Shown: in pieces, positions 13,113-27,839 of the stretch | Layout of the letters: every line of letters starts with the position of its first letter | Position numbering within the stretch: position 1 is the stretch's first letter | DNA from: Zootoca vivipara | Taxonomy: Eukaryota | Length of the DNA stretch: 64,000 nucleotides | Assembly: GCF_963506605.1 (NCBI RefSeq) | Contig: NC_083277.1 | Location: forward strand, 87,606,001 to 87,670,000 | Direction: 5' to 3' | Notes under the pieces: generated by a model | Databases searched by the model: none | What the model saw: only the letters and a program-made list of their open reading frames with translations | What the model was told of the DNA's origin: nothing | Made by a program: the position numbers and the translations under genes

Positions 13113-15391
13113 ATAGACAAAATTGCATCATCCTAACACACCATGAAGATATTGGTAGGTTGGGTAAACCACAAGGTTTGCAGAAGTACCCCCAAACCCC
13201 AAACTCCTAATGCTTTAGGGGAAAGAACCCAAGGTGGTGAGTATGCAAATAGTCCAATAAGGACTGAACATGCTCATTGGCAGCAGAATGATGGTTTACT
13301 CTGGAGGGACAACAAGAAAAAACGAAAACCGGGTGAAAGGTGGAATGGAAGATGGCAAGTCTGGCTAGCTGGAACAGTGAACAGGAGCATTCCTTATACT
13401 TTCAGTCTTCTCTCTAATCATCCCCACACTCATGTATACATTAATACTGACTAAACAATGCTTGATGAAGCACCTGCACACTTGCTTATTCATTCACAGT
13501 AAACTTTTATTTATTTTTTATACTATCTCTTACCATGAAGCATGAACAAAGCCAATATGTTCCAAATTCTGAACTGCTTGCACAGAAGCATAACTTTTAA
13601 TATATCTTGCGCAGCTTTTAGTATGGTTGGAAGTGCATGATAAAGTGTTTGAAACTGTTGGAATTGTATGGTTGGAAAGTACTAGAATCTATTCTGGAAG
13701 AAATATAGTTTGGAACAACATTTTCCCCTTGTAATCATCTCTTCAAAGAATAATCCTTACACTATTACTTTTTCTTTGACAGATATAGGATGGGCAGTTT
13801 TGCGGCACTTGAGTAAGGACCTCATAAATTAAAAACTTTATGAATGGTTGCCATAGATCATATCCCTTTACTTTCAGTGTCTGGGAGCATTTAATGCTTG
13901 TTGCAATTAAGAATGATTTGATAAAAATGTTTACACTTTTTGGGAGGAAGAGGTCATTTCCAGTCACCTGTTATTTGTAGCCCCTCTGAGGTTAAGGGAC
14001 ATTACAAAGCAACACTTTTCAGTTGGGTTGGCTTAATGTTTTATTTATGTCATTTCTCAGAGTTTGTGTAGATTCCAGAGAGGTTGGGGGGGGGGTCATG
14101 ACACTTCTATATTCCAATCACTCAAGAGGATAAATATTCTATGAAATTCAAACCGTGGATGAATGCTGAAGGTGAAACAAAAAATACTTTTGTTTAGGCT
14201 TTGGTGATTTGTTACTGTTGCCATTATATTAAAAAATAGCATTCAAAACTCAGCCTTTTTTTCTTGGTTAGGGAAAAGGGATATCTTTTCCAGAGCGGGA
14301 TATGTTCATGTCATCTGACCCAGCGCTCACAGTATATGAAATCTGTAAAATATATTTCAGAGCTGTATTTAAAGTTTAGGAATAACCTAATTTTTCTATT
14401 TTGTGATAGAAAATGATAGATTGTAATGAAAACACACAGTAAAATGCCAGATTTAAAATTAAAGTATCAATTGGTAAAAAGAAGGTTAACATCCATAATG
14501 TATTTGGGTTGTTTCTTTCATTAGACTTTTTTATTAGTTTATGTGGAGTAGGATCAAGTTGAATAATAATGCATTATTGGGAATGTTAGAGGTTGTCAAC
14601 TTTTCATGCATGTGAGTAAGTGAGGGAGAGAGACTGTGTGAGAGAGATAATGAATAAGTGTGTGGGAGTTCTTTGGTTACTGGTCATATGTAGAAATACT
14701 ATTTTCCATTATAACTCTTCTCTCTTTTTTATCTCCAAACATAATTACTCTCTGTTTTATCATGTACTGGAAATTCATAGGTGAATTATAATTTTAATTT
14801 AGTTTAGTGGAAAGTAGACTCATAAAAATATAGTTCCTCTTATCTACGTCTTGAATTCTCTTTGAACAATAACTGCAATGATGCAACAACATGGCTTGTT
14901 TGCTAAAGTGAAATGGAATTAACTTTTGTACTATGGAATATAATTTTTTGCAGATTACATCTGGGGGAAAGGAGGGATAGTGAGAGAATGTGCAAAAGGG
15001 CACAGTTGGAAGATGGTGAAAGAGAACTATGTTGGGGTCGGAAGCAGAAGAGTAATTAATCAAATAAGAGTTCTGAAACCCAGAATCCATGTAGCATATA
15101 ACCTTATTATTGGAATCTGAGTATCCTGTTCTGTGAAGGAGCTCATGGAGCAAAGGAGGTTGGTTGTTGCAGCACCAAGGAGAACACCAAGGAGTTTGCC
15201 TGTTGCCTTACAATATTTTGTGCTCAAACTATGGCCCCACAATTGCTCTGGGGTAGAGCTGGTTTTTGCCCTTGGACCTTACCAAGGGGTTTGTTTTTCC
15301 TCCCCAATACCAACTCACCCATAAATTCCAGTGAGTAGGGCAGATCAGTCAGGGTGGGATGGGGCTCCTGAAAGAAGGAGCAAGGCCACTA

Positions 15392-15620
15392 CAGTGGTAC
15401 CTCTGGTTAAGAACTTAATTCGTTCCGGATGTCCGTTCTTAACCTGAAACTGATCTTAACCTGAAGCACCACTTTAGCTAATGGGGCTTCCAGCTGCTGC
15501 CGTGCCGCCACCTTATGATTTCTGTTCTCATCCTGAAGCAAAGTTCTTAACTTGAGGTACTATTTCTGGGTTAGCGGAGTTTGTAACCTGAAGCGTTTGT
15601 AACCTGAAGCGTTTGTAACT
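15392..15620 (+). mobile_element. Tc1/mariner MITE, right TIR missing
   Basis: TA|CAGTGGTACCTC start, internal taacctgaag repeats; reverse-oriented relative at 32711. Confidence 0.8.
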
Positions 15621-16981
15621 TCCCTTTGACACCCATTCCCTTTTGGAGATGTGGGAGGGAGACAGCATGGGGCATTAGGGTGTGTAAGAAAATCCCTCCC
15701 TCCCTCTCAATGTTCTTGCTCTTCCCTGCTTGCATGTGATATGCTGTTTAGAAGTGAACTGTTATTCTTCTTAGGGAAATTGGCTCTGCAGTCCAACAAT
15801 TTTTGTGGATAACACCTTTTGGATTGTCATTTCAAGATAACCTGCCTTTTTGTTATGCTGAGGATTTATTGTGCTCCGACTGTACTCTCTTGTCTGATTA
15901 CAATTAGCAGGTTTATTATCCCATTTCAGGTCAGAGGGGTCATTTTTAGCCAGCTGCTATAAGAAGTTCAACTACTCCCTTCATGACCAAATTAATATTA
16001 CTAAGAGTTGGCCATTATCTTGCCTTAAAACTCCCTCTAGGAGTGTATATTAGACTCATAATTGCTGTTCCTGGTTCCTGTATAATAGATTAAAATATAA
16101 CCAATAAAATTTGCAGTGTGAAGTTGTGCAATGGGCCAACAACAAAAAACTCTCCCACTGAAAGGTTTGTTTGCACTACTGATTCTACATTATGAAATTT
16201 TGCACCAAACATACTTGCTTCAGATACCTGGGAAGATGGCCCCCTGGAACACTGGCTTTGAAAGGTTTACTTTGCTCATATCTGAAGTCCTTCTGGAATG
16301 CTGAAAATATGAAGCAGATCTCTACCCTGTCACATTGCTTTAGTTTCAAAAACCAGCATTCCAGTGGTCACTAAACAGCTTAAAAGAGCTTATCAACGCA
16401 GTCATGTGTTTGAAGTCTGAAAGTGCTATATTGTTTTGTGTACAATCCACATAAGATGCACTTTCAGAACTGGATACCCACCATGCAATTTCTTAACTGT
16501 AGTGGTTTCATGACCACCTTAGCCTGTTCCTCCTCTCCTTTCAATGTGAGGATTAATATGCCTGATTATTTTGAGTTAGAGGTAGGGTAGGAGAGGAAGA
16601 ACAGATCAGAAACATCTGCTGAGCACCTGTCCTGGTGTGATTGGAGGAGCTGATGGAGCTGGCACTGATCCCTATTAAGCTCTAGCTTGCCTGGCAGGAC
16701 AGAGTACCAAACTGTGGCTCCCAGCTGTGGGAGCTCCAGTGTCCTGCTCCTCCAACCATAGCCCTGGTAGTAGAGGGAACCCAGGACCCAGAGCTTAATG
16801 GAGGCACCTCTTTCCCCACCTCTCTTACCTAAGTATTGTACTAACTGGGGAGTTCTCTAGTGGAAGAACAGTAAGGCTCAAATGTATTTATTAAGAGATG
16901 TGCATCTTGTTTTATTTTAAAGCAGTTTAATGCTGACAGCTCTGTTTAACAAACTTATGGAATGTGTTGATGAGGTCACTA

Positions 16982-16982
<1 letters not shown>

Positions 16983-17029
<47 letters not shown>

Positions 17030-17075
17030 GCCACCCATCTGACTGGGTTACTCCAGTCACTGAACGATTTCAAAC
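16983..17075 (-). repeat. (TAT)n microsatellite tail plus L2-like 3' end
   Basis: TAT run followed by cccatctgactgggtt..ccag.cact, a motif also found at 27862. Confidence 0.65.
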
Positions 17076-17164
17076 AAATGAAGGCAGCTCTGCTTGTTAA
17101 AATAAGCATTTTTGAGTTTTATTTACACTAAACTTAGTCTTGCTGAGGTGACCACCTTCTTCTA

Positions 17165-17273
17165 TTATAGAATCATCATAATTATAGAGTTGGAAGGGGC
17201 CATAAGGGTCATCTAGTCCAATCCTGCAATGCAGGAATCTTTTGCCCAGTGTGGGGCTCGCATCCAACTGAGC
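17165..17273 (-). mobile_element. CR1-tailed SINE or CR1 3' fragment
   Basis: tagaatc...atagagttggaagggg...gtcatctagtccaa resembles the CR1 3' end at 5387-5435. Confidence 0.6.
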
Positions 17274-17275
17274 TA

Positions 17276-17482
17276 CAGTGGTGCATCGCAAGACGAAATT
17301 AATTCGTGCCGCAAGTCGCTTCGTCTAGCGATAATTTCGTCTTGCGAAGCGCAGGTTGCTGCGGCAAAAACAAAACAACCCGCCGAAAAACTTGGTTTTG
17401 CGAGTCACCAAAAACATCGCAAGACACTTTTGTCTAGCAAGTTTTTCATTGTGCGAGACATTTGTCTTGCAAGGTACCACTG
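17276..17482. mobile_element. Tc1/mariner MITE
   Basis: TA TSD on both sides; TIR cagtggtgcatcgcaagac / gtcttgcaaggtaccactg. Confidence 0.85.
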
Positions 17483-18300
17483 TATTTGTATAATTGAAAA
17501 CTAGATCTTCACTTTATAGATTACATTCTTATTTCTACATCAGTGGGATTGTTGCAGAAATCTAGCGTGACTAATGAAGGTAGATTAGAGTAAAACAACT
17601 TTGCTGCTAAAACTGGGCAAGTGACCAAGATAAGCATAGTTCCAGTAAAGGTTTGGAGAAATAGTGTGTAAGATATTCTAGACTCTCGTGTCTGTCTGCC
17701 CCCCCCCCCGATACTTGCCTTTCAACGGTTAGAATGTCAGTTCCAGTGGACCAGCAGTAGAGTGGGAGCACATGTAATGTATCTACATGGGGCCATAGAC
17801 ATGATTCTTGGGATGCATACGTTTTACATCTTAAAATTGCATTGTGGCCAAGGAAAGCATTCTTTCTGCTTCTGAAAAGTGCCATTGTTTGGCATTCGTA
17901 ACTGCAGTCCAACTGACACAAAATCTTTCCCACACTTTTACTACATTTTGAAAACATTTTAATGCATTAATCTTCTAAATGCAGGAGAAGATATCCTTAT
18001 ACTCTTGCTGACTTCATCTTGGAGGTTAATCTGAAGAAAGATGGGAAGGACTTGTCCTAATAAATCTTGCAACAGACTTTGGCAGCAGGACGTTATGATA
18101 AACCATGGAGGCTAGGAGAGCGTCAGGTTCACGTGATCCCCATATCCCACTGTAGGTGCAAGAAAGAGTAGTACATCTAGTTTGTGTGTGGACGCTGCTT
18201 GAATAATTGTGAGCATACAGGGGTATGGAGAAATCACCTTTTATAATGCGTTCACTGAGACTGGGTTTGCTTTACATATAAAGTATAAGAGTTCATTATG

Positions 18301-19167
18301 TATGTGGGGTTATGTGAAGGGTTAAGTTTCCAATGGCAGCTGGCAAGTGGCAGTTACTTGCATGAGACTGGGCTGGGAAAAGTTGGGTTCTCTTTATACT
18401 GAGTCAAATTTTGCTTATGATTGGCCTGCTGGATTGAAGTTCTTTGTCACCCATTGGACAGGGGAAAATGGTCCAATGAGGGGAGAGAATTCTATGCCAT
18501 TCAGACATGATTAGTTGAAGGGTAGACTGGGTTGAACATAAAAAGGCCAGTTTTGCCACTGCTCAGGAGAGTTCGACTGCTAAGACTGTGGACTGGAAGA
18601 AGAAGAATCTGGAAGAGAAGTCTGGCGTTCAGGCAGGTAGAGGTTACTGAAGCTAAGGAAAGCCTAGAGCAGGCATCCCCAAACTTCGGCCCTCCAGATG
18701 TTTTGGACTACAATTCCCATCATCCCTGACCACTGGTCCTGTTAGTTAGGGATCATGGGAGTTGTAGGCCAAAACATATGGAGGCCCGCAGCTTGGGGAT
18801 GCTTGGCCTAGAGGTATAGCCTGCCCCCAAAGAGCTGAATCACTGGCTTAAACCAAATATCCACAAAGAGGCCATCAAATGCTGGTGAGCAATAAGGAAG
18901 AGTTCAGCAAGGAGTTTCTGGAACTGACCATAGAGGGAACTGCCTGCAAGCTTGACTCAGGGAAAACTAGCAAACGTTTTCTGTACCTGGTGGCGGCGAG
19001 ATTGCTGCTGCTTTTGAAACACATCTAAAGTGCTGCAATTACTGGGTCATATTTTAAGTTGTCGGTAAACAGCATAGTATAAATACATGGTGCCAGCAAT
19101 TAGAATGTTTTGAAATATACAGTATGTACTATGCTGGGGGTGAGAGTAAAATAGGAACCTCCACACA
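18301..19167 (+). mobile_element. Probable solo LTR
   Basis: Imperfect inverted ends tatgtggggtt / aacctccacaca, CCAAT at about 18473, TATA-like cataaaaagg at about 18537. TSD not clear. Confidence 0.4.
18670..18805. mobile_element. hAT hairpin MITE, family A
   Basis: Perfect 8-bp TSD gcctagag; TIR caggcatccccaa. Confidence 0.9.
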
Positions 19168-19225
19168 TAATTGGTGAATCAACAGTGGTACAGTAGATAG
19201 AAGCTGCTTCTCCGCTTATAAGGTG

Positions 19226-20108
19226 TAACTTATATGCAGAATTCATCATGCGAAAGGCTGGACTAGATGAATCCCAAGCCAGAATTAAGATTGCCGGAAG
19301 AAATATCAACAACCTCAGATATGCAGATAACACACCCTTGATGGCAGAAAATGAGGAGGAATTAAAGAACCTTTTAATGAGGGTGAAAGAGGAGAGCACA
19401 AAATATGGTCTGAAGCTCAACATCAAAAAAACCAAGATCATGGCCACTGGTCCCATCACCTCCTGGCAAATGGAAGGGGAAGAAATGTAGGCAGTGAGAG
19501 ATTTTACTTTCTTGGTCTCCTTGATCACTGCAGACGGTGACAGCAGTCACGAAATTAAAAGACGTCTGCTTCTTGGGAGAAAAGCAATGACAAACCTAAA
19601 CAGCATCTTAAAAAGCAGAGACATCACCTTGCCGACAAAGGTCCGTATAGTATAGTTAAAGCTATGGTTTTCCCAGTAGTGATGTATGGAAGTGAGAGCT
19701 GGACCATAAAGAAGGCTGATCGCCAAAGAATTGATGCTTTTGAATTATGCTGCTGGAGGAGACTCTTGAGAGTCCCATGGGCTGCAAGAAGATCAAACCT
19801 ATAAATTCTGAAGGAAATCAGCCCTGAGTGCTCACTGGAAGGACAGATCCTGAAGCTGAGGCTCCAATACTTTGGCCACCTCATAAGAAGAGAAGACTCC
19901 CTGGAAAAGACCCTGATGTTGGGAAAGATGGAGAGCACAAGGAGAAGGGGACGACAGAGGATGAGATGGTTGGACAGTGTTCTCGAAGCCACCAACATGA
20001 GTCTGACCAAACTGCAGGAGGCAGTGGAAGACAGGAGTGCCTGGTGTGCTCTGGTCCATGGGGTCACAAAGAGTCGGACATGACTAAACGACTAAAAAAC
20101 AACAACAA
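19226..20108 (+). mobile_element. BovB LINE, 5'-truncated, with stop and frameshift
   Basis: Reads NINNLRYADN...; TAG at 19488-19490; 5-bp tatag duplication near 19650; CAA tail. Confidence 0.95.
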
Positions 20109-23100
20109 ACCCTCTACACTGAGGAATAAGGGAGAGGACCACAAAGGACTTAGAGCTTTGAACCAAATTGGGGGGGGGGATATATTTTCATCCTTTTCAG
20201 CATGTACAGTCTGAATCTACATCTATTGTAACCCATACATTATTTAGACAAGTGAGATGTAAATAAGCATACTCAACTATCTTGGTCTGACTGCCATGCT
20301 ACCTCTGTACAGGGCTTCCTGATGGGAGGAAAGAGTGGGACAGAGGAAGTGTTCTATATTTTGTTACTCCTCTCTGTTTTTCAAGCTTAAATTTCTAGCC
20401 GAGTTTGAAGTCAACAAAAGTAGATTGTTTACTTTCTTGGGTGGGCCCTGCAGACAGACTAGTTATGTAAGAATTTGTTTGTGGACTTAAGCTCTCTTGG
20501 TATCTTTCAGACACAAGGCACCAAACCTTGCTGGTCCCCTATAAGCAGTGGCTGTTAAGTTATTTACATCTCTGCTGACAGATCTATTTATATGAAACAA
20601 AACTGGATATTTTAAACCGAGGCCTATTCCTCCCCAGGCAGTCTTACAGAAGTTGATGTTTTTGACCAAAACCTCAGTGATGCCTTTAAATATTGCCATT
20701 GGGGAACTTTACAGGTCTTGGCAATGATGTGCAATTCTGACTGTAGTTTCAGATGAAGCCAAGGGGAAACTGGAAAATATGGTACTAGCAGAAATGTAGA
20801 AATACAAGGGACAGTTTTTGTAATATCAGTTGTGTGCAAGAATGTACAAATGTTTATGTCCTGCGGTATAGGGGGAAATACTTGAAGGAAGTAAGCTTAA
20901 GGCAGAGGGATAGTTCACACCTACGTGGCTGTTTCTTCATGAAGATCTTAGGCTCATGCATGTCATTGCTCAGACATATATGTGGGATGTGTTGTGTGAA
21001 GTAGAAATACATATGTATATCAATGCACATAAATGTAATGAGTAAAAGTGGCATTTTTGTTCAACCTGGATTGTGCACAGGTATAATATTTTTGTACCTG
21101 AAAACTTTCCACATAGCTGGTGAAGTGTGCATCATCTGACAGTAAGAATGCACACAGCTGAGATGATTGCGTGGAGCCACAGCCATATAAACTGGCCCTT
21201 AAGGATAGTCTTCGACATATATCCAAAAATTTGGTAGGGGCTGGAATTTCTCTAAAAAGCATACATTTCATTATGCATGTGCTACTCAAAATCTAGCAAT
21301 TCTTGGTTGTGCCAAGAATTTTCATGTCAGATGAAAATGTCAACATAGCTATTACAATCAACACTTCCTGATGTATTGATGCAGATAACTTGAGACCAAA
21401 AATATTTTACCACTGGACAAGCCCACAAAATGTGTCTAAATAAGCCATTGTCGTTATTACACTTACAGCATCTATCTGTATTAGACATTGCCTTGCTATA
21501 CAGGCATTGTGAGGTCCAATATTTAAAATTTTAATTCTGAATTTCAAGTTTACGAAAAAATTTCATAAAGATTTTAAAGCAGTTTCCCACTCTTTAGACT
21601 GTATGATACCTTCCAGTTCCCTATTCTGCACCTCTGAGTTCTTTTGCTGACTTGTTTTAAAGCAGCACATCAGTGAAGAAACTTAATCCTGTTTTCTGTC
21701 TGCAATGCAGTGTAACCTGGAAAATATTGTTTTAACTGTTAGGGGAATTGGCAATTTTGTTGTTTCTTGCAAATATTAAACGTGTTGTAAGCTGAAGGAC
21801 AACAGCAAATTTATGAACATTTTTTGGCAGAATGTTAGCACATATGGGGGGGGGAATTGTCAAAGTACATTTGACAATGTAGTATAGTACATTGCAAGTA
21901 TGCAAAGGGAAAATAAAAAGACAAATTACTATGGATAATGTATGATGCCCACCATGAACTTGTTGAGATTATAGAAGTGCAGAACTGAAAAAAACCAGTT
22001 CTAGCCCAGCCCTCTGATCTGAAGTAAAAATAAATTATTTTCTGAAGGTTGACAAAATAAAGTAGCAGCTGGTGAGGCAGTGTGGATGGAAGTCCATTTG
22101 CTTTTTTGGCTTCCTAACACAGTGGATTCCTTACTCTTACCAAGAGAGAGAGTGGAATAGCAAGGCACGATGAGCTTGGCACAATGCAGCAGCTGACAGT
22201 GGAGTGAATCCAACACTCTTGCTGCCACATAGGGAGCTCACCTTGCCCCCCTACCCTTTCCCTCTTGGTAAGTTCCAGCAACCCGCTGTGTTGGGAAGTC
22301 AAGGGAGCATTGGAGCCCCACCCATGGTGCCTCAGTGGCTGCTACTTGCAAGATACAAGGTACATCTGCAGTATATGTCCTTAAGATTTTTGGATTACAG
22401 TATATAGAACACCAAGGATTTTAAAATGCATGTGGAAAGGGAGTAGTCTCATTTGCAGATTTCGCTTTGCTGGCCTTTCCTGAGGCAGCTGATCCCATAG
22501 CCCAGTGCTCAGTCCCATCTCTGTGTTGGCTTGCTTTGCTGGAATTGCGAAGGCAGAATTCATGTCCTGAGTTTTGAAGGAGGGAGATGAAAAGGTTGTG
22601 TTTCTAGACCTTCCTAATAATCAGAATATGTTGTACAACATGTGTTCCATTTCATCTTTTTTTTTTAAAAAAAATCTGTCTTGGAAGTACCTTAATGCAT
22701 TAAAACTCACGCAAGGAATGTATATGATAAATTGAGTTGGCTAGATCTGGTTTCTGCCATGGGACTGAAATGTCCAAAGTGCAACAGTTATTTTAGAGCA
22801 CATGCATTGTGTTATTCTGGGCTGTTAAGATGGTTGTATAAACATGTGATTAAATGTATTCCAGCACAGACAAGAGGTGGTATTCACAGCTGGGACATCT
22901 GGGGGGGGGGAGTTCATAGTGCATTTCTCTTTAAGTTTTCCATAAGCCTTCGCCTCTGCACCACTGTTATGCCTCCTATTACTAAGGAAGTCGTCCCCAC
23001 CAACAAACAAAAAACCACACCTTTCATTATCTTTAAATGTCACGAGTGGCCACATTTCTCTCTTTAAATGATGGAAAGTGGAATAAAACTGCCTGCTTTT

Positions 23101-25025
23101 GACTTGGTAAGCATAGAGCTATGCATGCTCTGTCGGACGTATGGCCAAAAGAAACAGAAGGCAAAAATGTTGACAAAAGACTGTCTGAGGCTTGAACAAG
23201 GAAAGGAATGCCTTGTTCAAATCTAAAATTTCTCTCGCTCCCCTTTTTTTTAATTCTGAAATATTCAAGATCATAAAGTATTGCAGTGCTGTGAAAGTAT
23301 TTCAATATTCTATGAATGCTGAATGTCTTCTTCATTTTCTGAGGAGGCACTTGCAGCCAAGTGAAAGGGGTGTGTGCAGTTTGATGTTGTGCCGGAAAGA
23401 CTATTCAAATATGGCAACTTTGCCACTGCAAAGAAAAATTGAGGATTTTGTTCTGTTCATTGATACTAACTGATATTGCTCCTGTTAATTTAAAAAAAAT
23501 GAGTTCAATCTCTTGAGGGGAGAACATGTGTACAAATTCAACAGGGCTTTGTTTGTTTGTTTTGTTGCTATTTTGTTAATGTTGTTTTATAGATATGAAT
23601 GCTGTAGTACTTTGTGAATCCTGCAATATGATTTTTGGTGTAACTGTGGTGTTTAGCTTATTTTTTTAGTTGTTTTGTTAATAGTGCTACCTAGATGGCA
23701 ATTGTTTTATCTGTGATTTGTGATAGTGTTGCTGATGATTTGCTAAGTATTCTAGGCGATTTATGCGGTATTTGTGATGTTCCATTTTGTTTATCTTTTG
23801 TTTGTAAGCTGCTTTGGGATTTATTTGAATAAAAAATGGCATAGAAATAGAATCAGTCAATCAGCGTATCAAGTTTCACACTAAACCATGGCTTCCTATC
23901 ATCAAATGAATAAACAAAAAAGTATCAATGTCACAATTCTTCAAGTCAGTCTAGTTGGCTGCAGCCCTTCCAAGCATTGCAAGGGAGAATGGAATGTAGA
24001 ATATCTGGAATAATATCTGGTATAATCCAATAGTATTGCCCAGCCTGCCGAGCATGATATTGTGGCTAAAGCTGGGGGTAGAGAGGTGCCTATGCATGCA
24101 GATTTCCGTAAATATTTGTAAATTACCCACGGGCTGGTGTTTACTTTTAACAACATGATATTTCATGAAAATAAGTTATTGAATAATTGGTTCCATTCTT
24201 CAGACTGAGCACCATAATGATCTTCATTCTTGATTCTGTGCAAGTTGGATTTATATCTGTAACTTTTAAGAAGATTAAACCTCTTGCCTTATCTATATGA
24301 CCTGCTGCTTACCTCTGTAGACAAAAACCTCTGGAGGGCACCAGCTTGGGGAAGGTTGTCCCAGCACCAAGATAATGCCCTCAAGTGTATTCTAGACTCT
24401 AGAGGTTCATGAATATATCACTTCAAAGTCAAGCGTTTTTTAAAATATCTCATGTTTCTTTTGAACAAATTATATTGATTTTTAAAAATATGTATTTATA
24501 ATCTCCTGGAAATTAGAGGTTTTCTTGGGGGAGGAAATAGAATTCCCCAACCACAAACATGTAGATGAGAAGCTGAGGCCAAGGACCTCATGCCACCAGT
24601 TAAAAATTATTGGGTTTTAATATTTTGATGTTTTAAATATAGTTAAAACTGCTTTGAGCATTGGAAAAGTAGATGGCTTAAATAAAGGCCGTGTCTGCTT
24701 GAAAAAGGATAGTTTCCTCCATCTTCTCATCCCACTAGATGCAGTATACTGTATTACCAACTGCTTACCTTTGCTTTGGTATGTAACTTTTAACCCACCC
24801 CCATACATTCCCTTGCTGTTTTTCCATAGCTCTTTGCCTTCAGAGATGCCTTATATAGGAGCTTTCATTGACTAATTTCAAGAGCAACCCACAGTCAGCT
24901 GGCTTATTCTTAACTGGATTGAGGCTTTTTGCCATCCATGATTAGAGCAACAGAAACAACAAATTTATATTTAAAGCATTCCAGGAGCAGAAAGGTTACT
25001 AGCATACACATGGGTTCAAGGGGTG

Positions 25026-25189
25026 NNNNNNNNNNNNNNNNNNNNNNNNNNNNNNNNNNNNNNNNNNNNNNNNNNNNNNNNNNNNNNNNNNNNNNNNNNN
25101 NNNNNNNNNNNNNNNNNNNNNNNNNNNNNNNNNNNNNNNNNNNNNNNNNNNNNNNNNNNNNNNNNNNNNNNNNNNNNNNNNNNNNNNNN
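25026..25189. other. Assembly gap (164 N)
   Basis: Run of N. Confidence 1.
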
Positions 25190-25814
25190 AGTTCTCAATT
25201 TCTGAAAATGGACGTTTCTGGTCATTTAGTGGAATAAACAAGGACTACATAATATACTGCTCATTTCATTGTGGCCTTTAAAGAACTTCTAATTATTTTC
25301 AGCGGCAGGCTGGAAGCTTTTACAACACTGCAATTGTGGTAATCTGCAAATAGAAAACTGTTGCTGAAGTTGGTGTTTTCATTCCAGGAGCCTGCTAGTT
25401 GACATCCTTCCTCCAACCTTTCCTGGCACATCAACAATGGTTGAAGGCTTTGAGCAGGCTGTGCTTCACAGAAATCATTTGCGTCATTTTGTACAGGGCT
25501 TTGGGGCAAAGTGTGGTAAAGTGTGTCACGAAGGGCCTGTAGGTTAGTGGCTGAGCACATAATTTGTATGTCTCAAGTTGTATATCTCTATCTGACAGGT
25601 TGGTAAACTACTACCATTCAGAGTAGACAGTACCAGGCTTGATGGACCAGTGATTTGGTTCTGTTTAAAGCAGCTTTCAGCATTCATGCTCCTGCCTCCA
25701 CACTATGTTGCTTAACCAGAAATGATTTAACAGTTCTGGAGCAATGCAATTTCATCACCCACCCCTAAGGTTATCTCTCCTTCCTCCCAGCATTCTGCAT
25801 TCAGAATTATTGGA

Positions 25815-26547
25815 GTCGTCATCGTCTTTGGCGATCACTCGTAGCTGAGTAAGATTGTCTTCCATAAACACGGTTTTAACAATGGGTCCGTAAGTGACTG
25901 TGGAGGCCAATTCTGGATCCACACGTCCTTCCACAGTGGGGACATTGGTTTCCATGCAGGAGTTGATCACGGTGTGGATTTGCCAAGCGTGCCTTCCTCT
26001 TAGCACGTTTCTCCCTTGCGTCCTGAGATCGAGTTTCTTCAAAGCCCACGACACCTTTGTTAAAGGCTGTTCTCCAACTGGAGCACTCGCAGGCCAGTGT
26101 TTCCCAGTTGTCAGTGTTTATACTACATTTTTAAAGATTTGCCTTGAGACAGTCTTTAAACCTCTTTTGTTGACCACCAGCATTATGCTTTCCATTTTTA
26201 AGTTTGGAATAGAGTAGTTGCTTTGGAAGACGATCATCAGGCATCCGCACAACATGACCAGTCCAACGAAGCTGATGTTGAAGAATCATTGCTTCAACAC
26301 TGGTGATCTTTGCTTCTTCCAGTACACTGATATTAGTTCGCCTGTCTTCCCTAGTGATGTGTAAAAATTTTCGGAGACACCGTTGATGGAATCCTTCGAG
26401 GAGTTTGAGATGGCGCTTATAAGTGGCCCATGTTTCACAAGCATATAGTAAGGTTCGTAGTACAATAGCTTTGTAAACAAGCATTTTGGTTTCCCTGCGA
26501 ATGTCCCAGTCCTCAAACACTCTGCACTTCAATCGGGAGAAAGCCGC
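25815..26547 (-). mobile_element. RTE-clade LINE (distinct from BovB), 3' fragment
   Basis: ORF 26131-26562 (TKMLVYKAIV..LLYACETW...FHQRCLR...QLRWTGHVVRM.DDRLPKQLLY) followed by a 3' UTR ending in a GAC/GAT-type short repeat. Confidence 0.9.
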
Positions 26548-27807
26548 AGTCACAGAGTACATATGGTTTCAGTTGGGTAAGTTCAGCGTAGTTTAAAGAG
26601 GAAATAGCTTAGCCTGCAGTAGTAAGTGTAGGATTGAATTAGAAGCATCAGGGGTTTTAGCAGGGGTTTTGCCAGCTTTCTATTGATAAACGCCTTGCTA
26701 GGCTCCCCACCCCCTTTATCTTTCCGTCCTCTGTCAGGATATTAAGAGCAGAGAACGTTTTCAGCATGCCTATTTGATCGATGATACATAATTCCAAGTC
26801 AGTGATGGGGAATACTAAAGGCAAATAGGATTGAAAGCAGGAACAAACACTGCTAGTGACTTTAAGATGCAGTGTCTGTTTCTTTCTTTCTTCTTCTCTC
26901 TCTCTTCCTGTAGTAGATGTTATCTTCAGGCTATTAGCAGTGGGAGGATTTCTCTTTTTTTGGTGGACCTAGTAAACAAAACAGAATTTTTCAGCCGTGC
27001 TTCTGAGCAAACAATACTGAATGAAGCTGCAAAGCTAATCCTGGGAGAGTAAACCCACGGAAGGTTATTAAAGAGGTTGACACTGGGGAATGTTGATGGG
27101 CTTTTTACTCCTCTCAGCTCTGGCTTTTCTTTGACCATGGCAAACTAATGGACACTTTATATTTATTTCCGCTTCATTCAGAGTCATGGTAAAAGACTTG
27201 TAAAGCTTCACCTCTTGCCCTGCTGCAGAACAAGTTGCTGTAACAGATCAGAGTGTTCTTGGCACAAGCGATGCCCTCTCCCCACTGACAAAAAATCCCT
27301 TTGTTGAAATGCTTGGTTTCTTCCCATAGCTTTGGGAAGGGAAGGTGCCGTGGTGATATTTAATATATATATTTCAGTAAAGCTGGTTTTAAACATAAAA
27401 TGAAAGAAGTTACTAGTGATATTCAAGCAGGAAGACTTTGCATATAGCCCCTGTATTTGGCAGTCTCTCTCTGTGTGTGTGTGTGTGGTGTGGGTGTGTT
27501 ATGTTAGAATCCTTGTTTTATGTTGTTAGGTAGCAGTCAGCTTTAACGTTTGAAAGGGCTTTCTATTTTTAGTACTTTGGCTCTTTGTTGTTGAGAGCTA
27601 TTTTAAAATAATCATTAGAATGGCACAACTTCCCTTCCCTGTTGTATCCTTGCACCTGTTATGTAGACAGAAGGAAGAAGCCGAAGGGGGGAAAGTGCTT
27701 CCGGTGTCCCGTCCCCCCCTAAAATAATTAATGCAGTTAATAGTTAAATATTTATCTTTTTAAAAATTGTTCAGGCATTTAGGAGTACAAATGAGACATG
27801 CTGAATA

Positions 27808-27839
<32 letters not shown>

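Noticed and set aside
24929-25241. ORFs spanning N residues
   Set aside because: Artefact of the assembly gap.
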